From positions 1 to 64,000 of the IMG/VR virus record IMGVR_UViG_3300046535_000869: a DNA stretch of 64,000 bases, one strand, 5' to 3'. The notes beneath the pieces are model-generated. The model was not told where the DNA came from, did no database searches, and worked only from the letters and a program-made list of their open reading frames with translations. This DNA comes from a virus. Shown piece by piece: positions 55,083-63,785 of this stretch. Numbering within the stretch: position 1 is the first letter of the stretch; each line of letters begins with the position of its first letter. The translations under genes and the position numbers were made by a program.

Positions 55083-55540
55083 CGACGCCCTTTCCACTCG
55101 TTCCGCGTCAGTGCCAGCACGTCCCAGTAGTCGCCGTAGATGTACTCGCCGTCGACCTTCGCCATCGGGTATTTGCCGCCCTCGATGACGCGGCAGCAAT
55201 CGTACGTTCCGTAGATGTGGCTCAACTTCTCGGTGACAAGGTTCCGCACCGTGACGCGAATATCAGGCGCGTTGTTGTAGCGCATGTAACCGAGACCGGA
55301 GGCGTGCCAGCCCTCCGGCGCGATCTCCATACTGACGACCCGGCCCTGACAGAGTATTTCGCCGGGCGCGTCGGTTGCCCACTCGAAGATGTAGTGCTTG
55401 CCGACCTCGCAATCGAGCAGCGTCAACTGGCGCGCGTAGACAGGCTCGACGCGGAAGCTATACACGTCAGGCTTCGCCTCGGCCAACTTCGGCACGAACG
55501 GCAGGCAGGACAGGAGACCGAGGAACCAGCGCCGGGTCAT
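55079..55540 (-). CDS. Hypothetical protein with twin-arginine-like N-terminus
   Basis: MTRRWFLGLLSCLPFVPKLAEA. Confidence 0.65.
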   Translation of the reverse strand: MTRRWFLGLLSCLPFVPKLAEAKPDVYSFRVEPVYARQLTLLDCEVGKHYIFEWATDAPGEILCQGRVVSMEIAPEGWHASGLGYMRYNNAPDIRVTVRNLVTEKLSHIYGTYDCCRVIEGGKYPMAKVDGEYIYGDYWDVLALTRNEWKGRR

Positions 55541-55761
55541 AGCGCGACTCCTGGGATGGCGTTCGGAGCCAGGACCTTCAGCGTGAACTCCTCGCCGGTC
55601 TGCGTGACCTCCAGGATGCTCACATAGTCAGAGCCGTTGCGGACAGCCTGCAGCATCGACTGGATGGCAACCATGTTCAGCATCAGCTTCATCCCAGGCC
55701 GAATCAGCGCCCGGCCGATGTGCGTGTCCGGTGGAGCATCCACGGTGCCGTCGGCGTTCAT
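55537..55761 (-). CDS. Hypothetical protein
   Basis: ATGA coupled. Confidence 0.55.
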   Translation of the reverse strand: MNADGTVDAPPDTHIGRALIRPGMKLMLNMVAIQSMLQAVRNGSDYVSILEVTQTGEEFTLKVLAPNAIPGVAL

Positions 55762-56000
55762 GCCTTCTTCGCCTCAACCGGGACGACCGGCTTCTTCTTC
55801 GGAGGAACCAGCGCGACCGTCTTCACCAGCGTCGACCGCCCAGGAGGCACGCCATCCGCGATGGGCTTCGCCTCGTAGCCGCCTTCGACGATGTAGACGC
55901 CGACCGGAGCGCCGCCGTTCTCGCGCGAGTACTTCGCCGCCCAGTCGTCAGCCCGCCACTGGAGCGCGGCCCGACAACGGTTCCGAGGAGGAGCTGGCAT
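55758..56000 (-). CDS. Hypothetical protein
   Basis: Abuts neighbours. Confidence 0.55.
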   Translation of the reverse strand: MPAPPRNRCRAALQWRADDWAAKYSRENGGAPVGVYIVEGGYEAKPIADGVPPGRSTLVKTVALVPPKKKPVVPVEAKKA

Positions 56001-56354
56001 CTAGTGTGCGACTTCCTTCCGACTTGTCCGCTGGGTGAACCGGGAGACTTGCTGGTCCGGGAGCCAGGGATTGCCCTGGTCCGGCCGGGCCATGCGCTTC
56101 AGCGCCGCCTGGCGCTTCTCCGCCTCGGCGACCTCAAGCCGCCGCTTCTCGCCAGCCGCCTCCAGGAGGAGGTCGTCACGCCTGGCGTGAATGACCCTGA
56201 CCGGCTTGATGAGGGTGTCGATGGCCTTGTCCTGTGCTGAACTGAACAGCCCGACCAGGAGGCGCTGCGCTAGGCTAAGCGCCGGAGAGTACGCGAACGC
56301 CAGCAGACAGAGGCCAGCCAGCGCGGACCATAGCTCGAAGGGTGTGACCCTCAC
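56001..56354 (-). CDS. Membrane-anchored coiled-coil protein
   Basis: Hydrophobic N-terminus; GTGA coupling. Confidence 0.55.
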   Translation of the reverse strand: MRVTPFELWSALAGLCLLAFAYSPALSLAQRLLVGLFSSAQDKAIDTLIKPVRVIHARRDDLLLEAAGEKRRLEVAEAEKRQAALKRMARPDQGNPWLPDQQVSRFTQRTSRKEVAH

Positions 56355-56602
56355 GATGGAACCTGGTCATGGTTGAGCGCCTCAACCTCAGCGTCCGACA
56401 GCCGAACGCCCTTATGGTCCGGGTGCGAACCCAGCCGCTGGAGCCAGCTTCCCTTGGACGGTGCGCGGAGGAGCGCCGCGTGCATCTCCGCCGTCACGCC
56501 GTCGAACTTGTAGAACCGTCCGTCTTTATACTTCACGACCAGGCCAGCGGGCCGTAGCCCGACCGCCTCAACGTGCGAACTCGTCACCGTCGTCATCAGC
56601 AT
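56351..56602 (-). CDS. KTSC-domain protein
   Basis: VTSSHVEAVG...LVVKYKDGRFYKFDGV...LLRAPSKGSW. Confidence 0.85.
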   Translation of the reverse strand: MLMTTVTSSHVEAVGLRPAGLVVKYKDGRFYKFDGVTAEMHAALLRAPSKGSWLQRLGSHPDHKGVRLSDAEVEALNHDQVPS

Positions 56603-56675
56603 ACCAGTCCTTGTGGGTTGGGCCAGGATGAGGCACAGGATAGCACCCTACCGGCCCAGCCGTAAAGATCTTCTG

Positions 56676-56924
56676 TTAACTTGCCGCCTCGCCCAGCCCG
56701 CCGGTCTTCCGCTCCAGGTGGGTCAAGGTCTCCAGGCAGAGCGCCTGCCAGCGGGTCGTGATGGCCGTCTGCCGCTTCGCCAGCTCGACCAGGTCGAGGA
56801 CCGTCCCGGTCAGCCGAGCCATGTGTAGCTCGGCCCGCATCTGGGTAATCGCTTCCTGCATCTGCCTGTCCGGGTCCGGCAGGACGCCCTCCCGGCTTTC
56901 GATCCGTACGCTGACAGGTATCAT
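56676..56924 (-). CDS. Hypothetical helical protein
   Basis: AGGAGACGAGG RBS region. Confidence 0.6.
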   Translation of the reverse strand: MIPVSVRIESREGVLPDPDRQMQEAITQMRAELHMARLTGTVLDLVELAKRQTAITTRWQALCLETLTHLERKTGGLGEAAS

Positions 56925-56933
56925 CCTCGTCTC

Positions 56934-57185
56934 CTATTCGTAAACCACCGTGATGCCGTCCATCCCGGCTGCGTTGAGCTGCTTCGTCATCGCCTCCGCC
57001 GTGGCTTGCCCGGTCGCCTGAATGTACTGGTAGTACGCGTCGGCCTCGGCCTTCATCAGACGACGCCGCCAGCGGAGGTAGCGGTTGATCCGCCGCCGCG
57101 TCGGCGACCTGACCTTGACGAGGAACAGCGCCAGCCCGATGTTCGACAGATCCTTCTTCGTCTTCCGAGGAAGCCGGGTCTTCAT
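56934..57185 (-). CDS. Basic protein with RLPRKxKK motif
   Basis: ATGA coupling; motif shared with the upstream gene. Confidence 0.6.
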   Translation of the reverse strand: MKTRLPRKTKKDLSNIGLALFLVKVRSPTRRRINRYLRWRRRLMKAEADAYYQYIQATGQATAEAMTKQLNAAGMDGITVVYE

Positions 57186-57511
57186 GCTGGCCGACTTGTC
57201 CCGGCGATGATGCCGATGTCAGGGCCAGCCCAGACGAGGCCGGTCTTCCGCTCCCAGCGGAGCAACCGGCTGACCAGCTTGTAGTCGCCTCTCCGCATGC
57301 GGAGCGCGAACGCACGCTTCGCCAGCGCCTTCTTCATCTTCCGAGGAAGCCGAGGCCCATGTTGACCGAGCACGGCAAGCTGTCCCAGCGGCTTACGCAG
57401 CCCGACGATGGCGTCCGTCGCCAGCCTGCCGTGCTCGGCCAAGTCCTTCATCGACGCCGTCATCTGGTCGACAGCCGCGATGATGAGCGCGGTGGCCTCG
57501 TCTCCGATCAT
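57182..57511 (-). CDS. Basic protein with RLPRKxKK motif
   Basis: ATG at 57511 overlapping upstream TGA. Confidence 0.6.
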   Translation of the reverse strand: MIGDEATALIIAAVDQMTASMKDLAEHGRLATDAIVGLRKPLGQLAVLGQHGPRLPRKMKKALAKRAFALRMRRGDYKLVSRLLRWERKTGLVWAGPDIGIIAGTSRPA

Positions 57512-57630
57512 CGAATAACTAGCCAGCGCGCGATGCTCGCACCGATGAGCAGCGCCAGTGTGACGACCCAGATCGGCGCGTCCAGCTCGACGTTCAGTCG
57601 GCCGTGCCTGACGCTCACGTCGAACGTCAC
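57508..57630 (-). CDS. 40-aa single-TM peptide
   Basis: GTGA/ATGA coupled; ...APIWVVTLALLIGASIARWLVIR. Confidence 0.55.
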   Translation of the reverse strand: MTFDVSVRHGRLNVELDAPIWVVTLALLIGASIARWLVIR

Positions 57631-57878
57631 AGGATGACCCAGTCGTCCGCCGCGAGGTCGCCTTCGCTGACGAGTAGCTTGTGACCGCCAGCGATCCTGT
57701 CGCCGATGCTGTCCGCGATGTAGATGTGCAGGAAGCCGCCCTGCATGAAGATCTGGTCACCGTCCGGCCAGCTCAGTCGACGGGCGGACTGCCCGGCGAG
57801 GAGCGCGGTGATGAGGACGTCGCCGAATCGGCGCTGTGTCTTGGAAGCTGTCGGTGTAGCTGTCGGTGAACCTGCCAT
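57627..57878 (-). CDS. DUF2829 (Tad2/AcrIIA7-like) protein
   Basis: FGDVLITALLAGQSARRLSW...SEGDLAADDWVIL matches the family FG.A..AL..G...R..W ... S..D.LA.DW pattern. Confidence 0.7.
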   Translation of the reverse strand: MAGSPTATPTASKTQRRFGDVLITALLAGQSARRLSWPDGDQIFMQGGFLHIYIADSIGDRIAGGHKLLVSEGDLAADDWVIL

Positions 57879-57890
57879 CGTCGTCTCCTG

Positions 57891-57922
57891 AAGAAAAGCA
57901 GGCCAGCGCGGTGCTGGCCTGC
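57891..57922 (-). terminator. Intrinsic terminator
   Basis: GCAGGCCAGC-5nt-GCTGGCCTGC followed by TTTTCTT. Confidence 0.75.
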
Positions 57923-57932
57923 CGGTGAACGC

Positions 57933-58244
57933 TTACTGTTTGAACGGCGTGCCTGCCGCGAACGCGAACGCCGCCTCGTCGCCGACCTTGATCTCGACCG
58001 CGATGTTGTCGGTCAGGACGCCGTCGGTGACGCTCACGATGGCCGCGCTCGACAGCGGGCCGACCGCGCTCAGGAGCTTCGAGTTCGGGTCGCCCGCCGG
58101 GTCATCCAGCACCTTGACGATGGACTCGTCAGCCGACGTGAAGACGAGCGTGCCGCCCAGGGGCTGCGGGTTGCCCTTGCTGTCGACTGCACCGCCGATG
58201 GTGACGAGAACATTCTCGTCGGCTTCGATTGAGACATTGAACAT
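57933..58244 (-). CDS. Ig-like (Big_2-like) single-domain protein
   Basis: DSKGNP...VFTSADESIVKV...SAVG...IVSVT; AAGGAG RBS. Confidence 0.65.
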   Translation of the reverse strand: MFNVSIEADENVLVTIGGAVDSKGNPQPLGGTLVFTSADESIVKVLDDPAGDPNSKLLSAVGPLSSAAIVSVTDGVLTDNIAVEIKVGDEAAFAFAAGTPFKQ

Positions 58245-58265
58245 GGTGACTCTCCTTGGTGGTTG

Positions 58266-58514
58266 TTAGATAGCCTGCTTGAATGGTTTACCGAACGTGA
58301 CCTTGAACCCGACCGCGACACCAGCCGACACGGCGTCGAAGACGTCCTGATACGGCGCGCGAACATCGAACGATACGCCGCTTCGGAGCGTGACCTCTGT
58401 GCCATCCCGGCCCTCGTCGCCCAGTGCGTCTACTTCGGCTGCGAGGAACATCGCCCTGTTCTGTCCGTGATGGTCGACCATGACGACGTACGGCCCGACG
58501 CGCTTCGCTGTCAT
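58266..58514 (-). CDS. Hypothetical protein
   Basis: AAGGAG RBS; ATGA coupling. Confidence 0.6.
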   Translation of the reverse strand: MTAKRVGPYVVMVDHHGQNRAMFLAAEVDALGDEGRDGTEVTLRSGVSFDVRAPYQDVFDAVSAGVAVGFKVTFGKPFKQAI

Positions 58515-58630
58515 TGGCTGCTCCTTACTGCTCTGGCCCGAACCTTGAGACGCTGCACAGATCGGGCCAGCGATGCGACACGCCGCTTCAGGCCGAGAAT
58601 AGACGGGTCGCGTCCCTTCGTCTTCGTCAT
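58511..58630 (-). CDS. Small basic coiled-coil peptide
   Basis: MTKTKGRDPSILGLKRRVASLARSVQRLKVRARAVRSSQ. Confidence 0.45.
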   Translation of the reverse strand: MTKTKGRDPSILGLKRRVASLARSVQRLKVRARAVRSSQ

Positions 58631-58718
58631 CGTACCGCCTTCGTGTAACTTCGATTGCGAGGTTGTCGTCGACCGGGTTGTCACGCCGGTCACATCATCG
58701 CCGTCTTCACGCGGGAGG

Positions 58719-58748
58719 ATGATAAGACCAAGCCGCCGCCGTTGTCAA
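58719..58748 (-). promoter_or_regulatory. sigma70-type promoter just after terL
   Basis: TTGACA-18bp-TATCAT. Confidence 0.7.
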
Positions 58749-58752
58749 GTGA

Positions 58753-59967
58753 TTAGTAGAAGATCGGGAATGGCGCGCCGAACTCCAGGCTCGCCCGCGA
58801 CCCAGACGTGAACGCCGAGCGCGCCAGCGCCAGCGCGCAGACCGCGTCATCGTGCAGCCCGGACGGAGCCGAGTATCGCACGCCGGTCCGCGTCGACTCG
58901 AACTCGAATGCCTCCAGCTCGTCGACGATGACGCCCTCCGGGAATCGAATGGCCCGCTGCTGAATCGCGAGCGCCAGGCCCTCCATGATCTGCTGCTTCG
59001 ACGATGCGCTGAACTTGAAGCCCTCGTATTTGCCAGACGGGTTGCGCCGCTGGATGGCCTCGACTACCGGGTCGCCGACGCCGGTCGAATCAATCAGCGC
59101 GCGCGCGGTCCCAGTCGCCTCCAAGATCGCCGCGACGGTTTCTCCCCACGGCTTCTGGAACCGCACGAACCGACACGCGCGCCCGTCCTCGTCGAGCGCG
59201 ATGCCGACCGTCCAGTCGAAGGACTTCGCCAAGTCCCAGCCCCAGACAACCGGAGGCTCGTCCGTCAGATTCCCGACGCAGGCGCGAATGGCCGAGAGGC
59301 CGAACGGGTTGCCCGCGTCGTCCGACGGCTCCGCCAGGTACAGCTCCCGGAAGACTGCCTCTGGAAGCTGCTGCCGCGCGTCCTCCACTTCCTCGGCCGA
59401 CAGGAAGCCCGCCAGGACCGCGTCGTGGCAGACGATCTTCGCGTATGACATGTTCGGCGCGTGACTCTGCGCCTTGCGCGCGATGTGGTACGCCCAGTTC
59501 CGCCGCCCCTTCACGTTGCCGATGATCCGAACGGGACCTTCCGTCGCCGTCAGCGTCGACCGGACCGCGTGCCAGGCTTCCTCCTTGACGCGCGTCGCCT
59601 CGTCGATGACCGCCGCGTAGACGTCGTCGCCGTACAGGGAGTCGGGATGGTCCGCGCCCTTGCACCAGATGATCGCGCCGTTCTTGAGGGTCAGCGTCAG
59701 CTCGGTCTCGTTGGCATGGTAGACGCGCCGAGGGAGCGCATGCTTCAGCCGCCGGAAGACCATCTTGGCCTGGTCGCGAATCGGCGAGACCCACCAGAAG
59801 TTCTGGTGCGCCTGCCCCATCATCGCTTGCTCGGTCAGCCAGACCATGCAGCCGGTCGTCTTCCCGACCTTGGTCGAGGCTTCGACGATGCCGTAGCGGG
59901 CATCGCCGAACAGGGCCGTCAGTTGGTAGTCGGCGAGTTTAGGACGTGTGTACGTCCACGCCGTCAT
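58753..59967 (-). CDS. terL: Terminase large subunit
   Basis: ASTKVGKT (Walker A), VIDEA, GWDLAKSFDWTV, HDDAVCALALA. Confidence 0.93.
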   Translation of the reverse strand: MTAWTYTRPKLADYQLTALFGDARYGIVEASTKVGKTTGCMVWLTEQAMMGQAHQNFWWVSPIRDQAKMVFRRLKHALPRRVYHANETELTLTLKNGAIIWCKGADHPDSLYGDDVYAAVIDEATRVKEEAWHAVRSTLTATEGPVRIIGNVKGRRNWAYHIARKAQSHAPNMSYAKIVCHDAVLAGFLSAEEVEDARQQLPEAVFRELYLAEPSDDAGNPFGLSAIRACVGNLTDEPPVVWGWDLAKSFDWTVGIALDEDGRACRFVRFQKPWGETVAAILEATGTARALIDSTGVGDPVVEAIQRRNPSGKYEGFKFSASSKQQIMEGLALAIQQRAIRFPEGVIVDELEAFEFESTRTGVRYSAPSGLHDDAVCALALARSAFTSGSRASLEFGAPFPIFY

Positions 59968-60362
59968 TGTGGAGAGGACAGATTGAGCGTGAAGGCCAGC
60001 GGTTCGCCGTCAGCTCCCGCGTGCTCCAGCTTCGTCGGCGCGTCCAGGCCCAGGAGCTTCGCCCGCCGGTCCATCACCGCGACGACCGCGCGAACGGCCT
60101 TCTCGTCGCCAGCCTTGACCTTGGGCCAGAGCGCCAGCACCAGCTTGTCGCACCGCTCCAGCTCCAGCTCGCGTAGCTTCTCGGCCTTCTTCGCCGACAG
60201 CGCCGCCAGCTCGCCGAGCGCGGCCTGGACATCCCGATACGCCGTCTGATGGTTGACGCCGAGCTGCGCGCCGATCTGCCGGTAGCGTACGCCCGCGATC
60301 CTTAGCTCCAGGGCCTTCCCGCGCCGCTCTATCGCCGCTTCCGATTGGCCAGTCTTAGGCAT
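59964..60362 (-). CDS. terS: Terminase small subunit (HTH)
   Basis: ALELRIAG..YRQIG.QLG...RRAKLLGLDAP...EHAGADGEPL; upstream of terL. Confidence 0.8.
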   Translation of the reverse strand: MPKTGQSEAAIERRGKALELRIAGVRYRQIGAQLGVNHQTAYRDVQAALGELAALSAKKAEKLRELELERCDKLVLALWPKVKAGDEKAVRAVVAVMDRRAKLLGLDAPTKLEHAGADGEPLAFTLNLSSPQ

Positions 60363-61761
60363 CGATCTTCTTCGCCTTCTTCCCCGTGAACGCTTCCCAG
60401 CGGTCGATGGCAACCTGCACGTACGTCGGGTCCAGCTCGATGGCGAAGACCTTCCGGGAGGTCATCTCGCCCGCGATGATCGTCGACCCGGAGCCTGAGA
60501 ACGGCTCGAAGACCTCCAGGATGGCATGGTTCCGCATCGGCCGGGCCATGCACTCGACCGGCTTCTGGGTACTGTGAATCGTGTCGCCCGTCTTATCGCG
60601 CGTCTCGATATCCCAGACCGTCGAGTCCATCCCTTCAGGGAGCGCGTCGACCTCGGTGGAGCCGCACGTCTGACAGGTGTGGACGGTCGGAACAATCGGC
60701 CAGACCGTCGACTGGTTCCGCTTCCCGCCCCAGTGACCGGTCCGGTTGTCCTTGACCGCGTAGAAGCAGGTTTCGTGCTGCCAGTGGTAGTGACCGCGCG
60801 AGAGGACGATCCGTGGCTTACGCCAGATGATCTGGCTCCTGACGCCGAACGCCGCCTTCGTCAACGAGTCCTGGACCTCCGAGCAGGCGACCGAGGCGTG
60901 CCAGACGTACGCGACATCGCCAGGGAACAGCTTCCAGACCTCGGTCCAGTCCGCCCGGTCGTCGTTCATCACCTTGCCCATGCGGTCGGACTTGTTCACG
61001 CCCGCGCGCGTCCGCCACTCCGGGTCGTACTCGACGCCGTACGGCGGGTCCGTGACCATCAGGAGAGGCTTGGCCCCAGCCAGCAGCCGGTCGACCGCCT
61101 CAGCCGACGTGGAGTCGCCGCAGAGCAGCCGGTGCGGCCCCAGCTCGAACAGGTCGCCAAGCTGGATCTCGGTGTGCTGCTTGGCCGGGACGGAGTCCGG
61201 GTCGGTTAACCCACCGTTAGGTTTCGCGTCCGCTTCGTACAGCGCCGCCAGCTCGTCCTCGTTCCAGAAGGTGCTCAGGTCGACGCCGTCCGCCGCCAGG
61301 GCCTTCAGGACCTCGGTGTCCCAGCCGTCCGCCAGCTCAGCCGCCCGGTTGTCGAAGATGGCCAGGCGCGCCTTCTGCTCAGGCGTCAGCCCGCGCCGCC
61401 GGACCGCGATGATCGTGTTGCCGTCCGCCTCGACCACCTGGACCTTCGTCAGCCCGGCTTCGCCAGCCGCCTCGATGGTCGCGTTCCCGGCCAGGACGAC
61501 GTTGTCCTCGTCGATGACGATGCTCCTGGCTGCGCCGACCTCGTTCAGGGCATCCACGATGGTGCCGACGTTGCGAGGCGTGTGCTTCCGGGCGTTCTTC
61601 GGGTCGGGAACCAGGTCGGAGATGTGGGTCGTCGGGCCGTCGCCAGCCGAGGGAGCGACCGGAGGAGGCTGCTCGGTGACGAGCTGTGTCGCGCGCGGCT
61701 TGGTCTTCTTTGGCGGAACTTCAGCCTGCAGAGCGAGATGCGCGCCGTCTGACTCGGCCAT
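60355..61761 (-). CDS. ParB-like domain fused to an N6/N4 DNA methyltransferase
   Basis: PDPKNARKH...LAGNATIEA...DNR; HRLLCGDST, TDPPY, HSTQKP, EPFSGSGST. Confidence 0.92.
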   Translation of the reverse strand: MAESDGAHLALQAEVPPKKTKPRATQLVTEQPPPVAPSAGDGPTTHISDLVPDPKNARKHTPRNVGTIVDALNEVGAARSIVIDEDNVVLAGNATIEAAGEAGLTKVQVVEADGNTIIAVRRRGLTPEQKARLAIFDNRAAELADGWDTEVLKALAADGVDLSTFWNEDELAALYEADAKPNGGLTDPDSVPAKQHTEIQLGDLFELGPHRLLCGDSTSAEAVDRLLAGAKPLLMVTDPPYGVEYDPEWRTRAGVNKSDRMGKVMNDDRADWTEVWKLFPGDVAYVWHASVACSEVQDSLTKAAFGVRSQIIWRKPRIVLSRGHYHWQHETCFYAVKDNRTGHWGGKRNQSTVWPIVPTVHTCQTCGSTEVDALPEGMDSTVWDIETRDKTGDTIHSTQKPVECMARPMRNHAILEVFEPFSGSGSTIIAGEMTSRKVFAIELDPTYVQVAIDRWEAFTGKKAKKIDA

Positions 61762-61794
61762 TCTCGCCTAGAGTAGCACAGACCAGCCAGGTCG

Positions 61795-61923
61795 TCAGAA
61801 TCTCCGCCTCCAGGCGTACGCCCAGAGCATCAGCGGGAGAGGCCAGGGCGACCCGGCCATCCAGAGGACCGAGCCGGTCAGGAGCGTCAGGACGAACCGG
61901 TCGCGCGGACCGAGCCGCCTCAT
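61795..61923 (-). CDS. 42-aa membrane peptide
   Basis: ATGA coupled to helicase; hydrophobic. Confidence 0.5.
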   Translation of the reverse strand: MRRLGPRDRFVLTLLTGSVLWMAGSPWPLPLMLWAYAWRRRF

Positions 61924-63125
61924 CTCCGCCTCCGTGATGTCCTCGGCGCGCCGAGGTAGGTGTTCGTCAACTGCGTGTCGCCTGACCAGACGGCCCACTG
62001 CTCGCCGCCCTTGCCGCCCGCCACCAGCTTCAGGTCCTCGATCTTCCCGAACTGGTCGACGTTGCCGACCATGTCGACAATCATACCGTGAGACTTGCCA
62101 GGCGACGGCCGAACCGCCCGGCCGACCTGTTGGTAGTACTTGGTCAGGCTGAGCGTCGGGTGCGCCAGGACGACCGTGTCCAGCTCCGGGAAGTCGAAGC
62201 CGAGGCCCAGGACGCCGACGTTGGCGATGACCTTCAGCTTCCCGGCCTTGAAGTCGGTAATAAGAGCCGCGCGTTCCCATCGGCCGGTTTCCCCGGTGAC
62301 GACCTCGGCCTGTCCAGAGAACGCCGTCGCCAGCTCCTCGGCCTCGTCAACGTAGCGCGTGAAGACCAGAACGTGCTGCCGCCCGATGGTCAGCAGCCGC
62401 CGGACGACCCGCTCCAGCCGAGCACTAAAGGCCGTCGCTTTCAGGTGCGCCTTGAGGGACTCGTCGTCGAAGTCCGAGCCGGTCGTGTTCCGCTTGACCG
62501 CGCCCGCGTAGAAGCCCGGAACCCGGTGGTACTCCAGCGGAGCCAGGAAGCCCTGCCGGAACAGGTCGCCGGTCTGGGTCACATGCAGGACATCAGTGAA
62601 GACGCGCGGACGGGTCCGGGTCAGAAACTTCAGGATGGCCCCGCCGTAGCCGTCGACCGTCAGCCGGTACGGCGTCGCCGTCAAGCCGAGGATCTTCGCG
62701 CCCTGTAGCTTCTCGAAGAATTGCCGGTACATGGTCCCGGCGACCGCGCCGACCAGATGGGCCTCGTCGACGATGACGTACTTGGTCCCGGCGAACGGCG
62801 CGACATCGTTGACGACGCTGCCGATGGTCGCGAGGGTGATCTGCCCGGTCGTCTTCTCGCCCATTGATGCCGACCATACGCTCGGAGCGTAGCCGTAGCT
62901 CAGGAGCTTCTCGGCGTTCTGTTCGAGGATCTCCTTGGTCGGCTGGAAGACGATGGTCCGCCCGCCGAGCTGCGTCGCCAGGTTCGCGATGATGAGCGCC
63001 TTCCCAGACCCGGTCGGTGCGACGATGAGGCCGTGCCTTGGCTTCGTCGGCGACTGCGGCTGGGACAGGAACGTCACGCCCGCGTGAACGGCCGCTGCCT
63101 GGTAGCCCCGGAGCGCGTAGCTCAC
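61920..63125 (-). CDS. Superfamily 2 DEAH helicase (RadD/UvsW-like)
   Basis: LRGYQ, APTGSGK, VDEAH, GLTATPYR, GFDFP, QQVGRAVR. Confidence 0.93.
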   Translation of the reverse strand: MSYALRGYQAAAVHAGVTFLSQPQSPTKPRHGLIVAPTGSGKALIIANLATQLGGRTIVFQPTKEILEQNAEKLLSYGYAPSVWSASMGEKTTGQITLATIGSVVNDVAPFAGTKYVIVDEAHLVGAVAGTMYRQFFEKLQGAKILGLTATPYRLTVDGYGGAILKFLTRTRPRVFTDVLHVTQTGDLFRQGFLAPLEYHRVPGFYAGAVKRNTTGSDFDDESLKAHLKATAFSARLERVVRRLLTIGRQHVLVFTRYVDEAEELATAFSGQAEVVTGETGRWERAALITDFKAGKLKVIANVGVLGLGFDFPELDTVVLAHPTLSLTKYYQQVGRAVRPSPGKSHGMIVDMVGNVDQFGKIEDLKLVAGGKGGEQWAVWSGDTQLTNTYLGAPRTSRRRR

Positions 63126-63319
63126 GCCGAGAACTCCTCGATGAAGCAGCCCGCCGGAAGGCCGCGACTGAGCGTGACGCCGATGCCGCCGGTATCAACT
63201 CGACACAGCCGACAGTCCGCCGGGACAGGTTCGAGGAAGGCCCGCGACTCCCGCTTGCCGTCGTCGACCGATGCGCCGACGACAACGTCGTTTTTGTTCA
63301 GGAGCACCCAGACCTTCAT
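63122..63319 (-). CDS. Hypothetical protein
   Basis: ATGA/GTGA coupling on both sides. Confidence 0.55.
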   Translation of the reverse strand: MKVWVLLNKNDVVVGASVDDGKRESRAFLEPVPADCRLCRVDTGGIGVTLSRGLPAGCFIEEFSA

Positions 63320-63768
63320 GCCTTGCTCCAGTAGCCGTAGACGCAGCGCGTCCCGCCGCGCGACGGGTTGTAGATGTCGTGGATGACGCCGTCGATGACC
63401 GCGACGATGTGCTTGGAGCAGTTGACGACCAGCCGCCCCTTCGGCAGCTCGCTCGCCTTGAGATGTACCGTGCAGCCGGTCCCGATGCCCATCGTTGGCG
63501 TCCACTTCCAGCCGATCCGGGCCATGTACTTCCGCGTCGTCGGCTTATAGACGCCGGACTGCGAGGTCGACCGGCCCGCGCTTTTGCGTCCGCGCGTCAC
63601 ACGCTCGACCCGGCCGAGCGCGTCGATCCCATCCGCGACGACCTGATACGGGAGGCTGGTCGCGATGGCGATGGCCCGCGTGACGCAGTCGTTTTGCCGC
63701 TTGACCGACGGGTAGCCCGCCGCCTTCCGCCCGCCGTCGTTGTAGGTCCAGGTGATCATCGTCATCAT
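63316..63768 (-). CDS. Conserved phage protein with papain-like Cys-His-Asp pattern
   Basis: NDCVTRAIAIAT...KHIVAVIDGVIHDIYN; AAGGAG RBS. Confidence 0.7.
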   Translation of the reverse strand: MMTMITWTYNDGGRKAAGYPSVKRQNDCVTRAIAIATSLPYQVVADGIDALGRVERVTRGRKSAGRSTSQSGVYKPTTRKYMARIGWKWTPTMGIGTGCTVHLKASELPKGRLVVNCSKHIVAVIDGVIHDIYNPSRGGTRCVYGYWSKA

Positions 63769-63785
63769 CTCCTTAGCTGCAGGGT

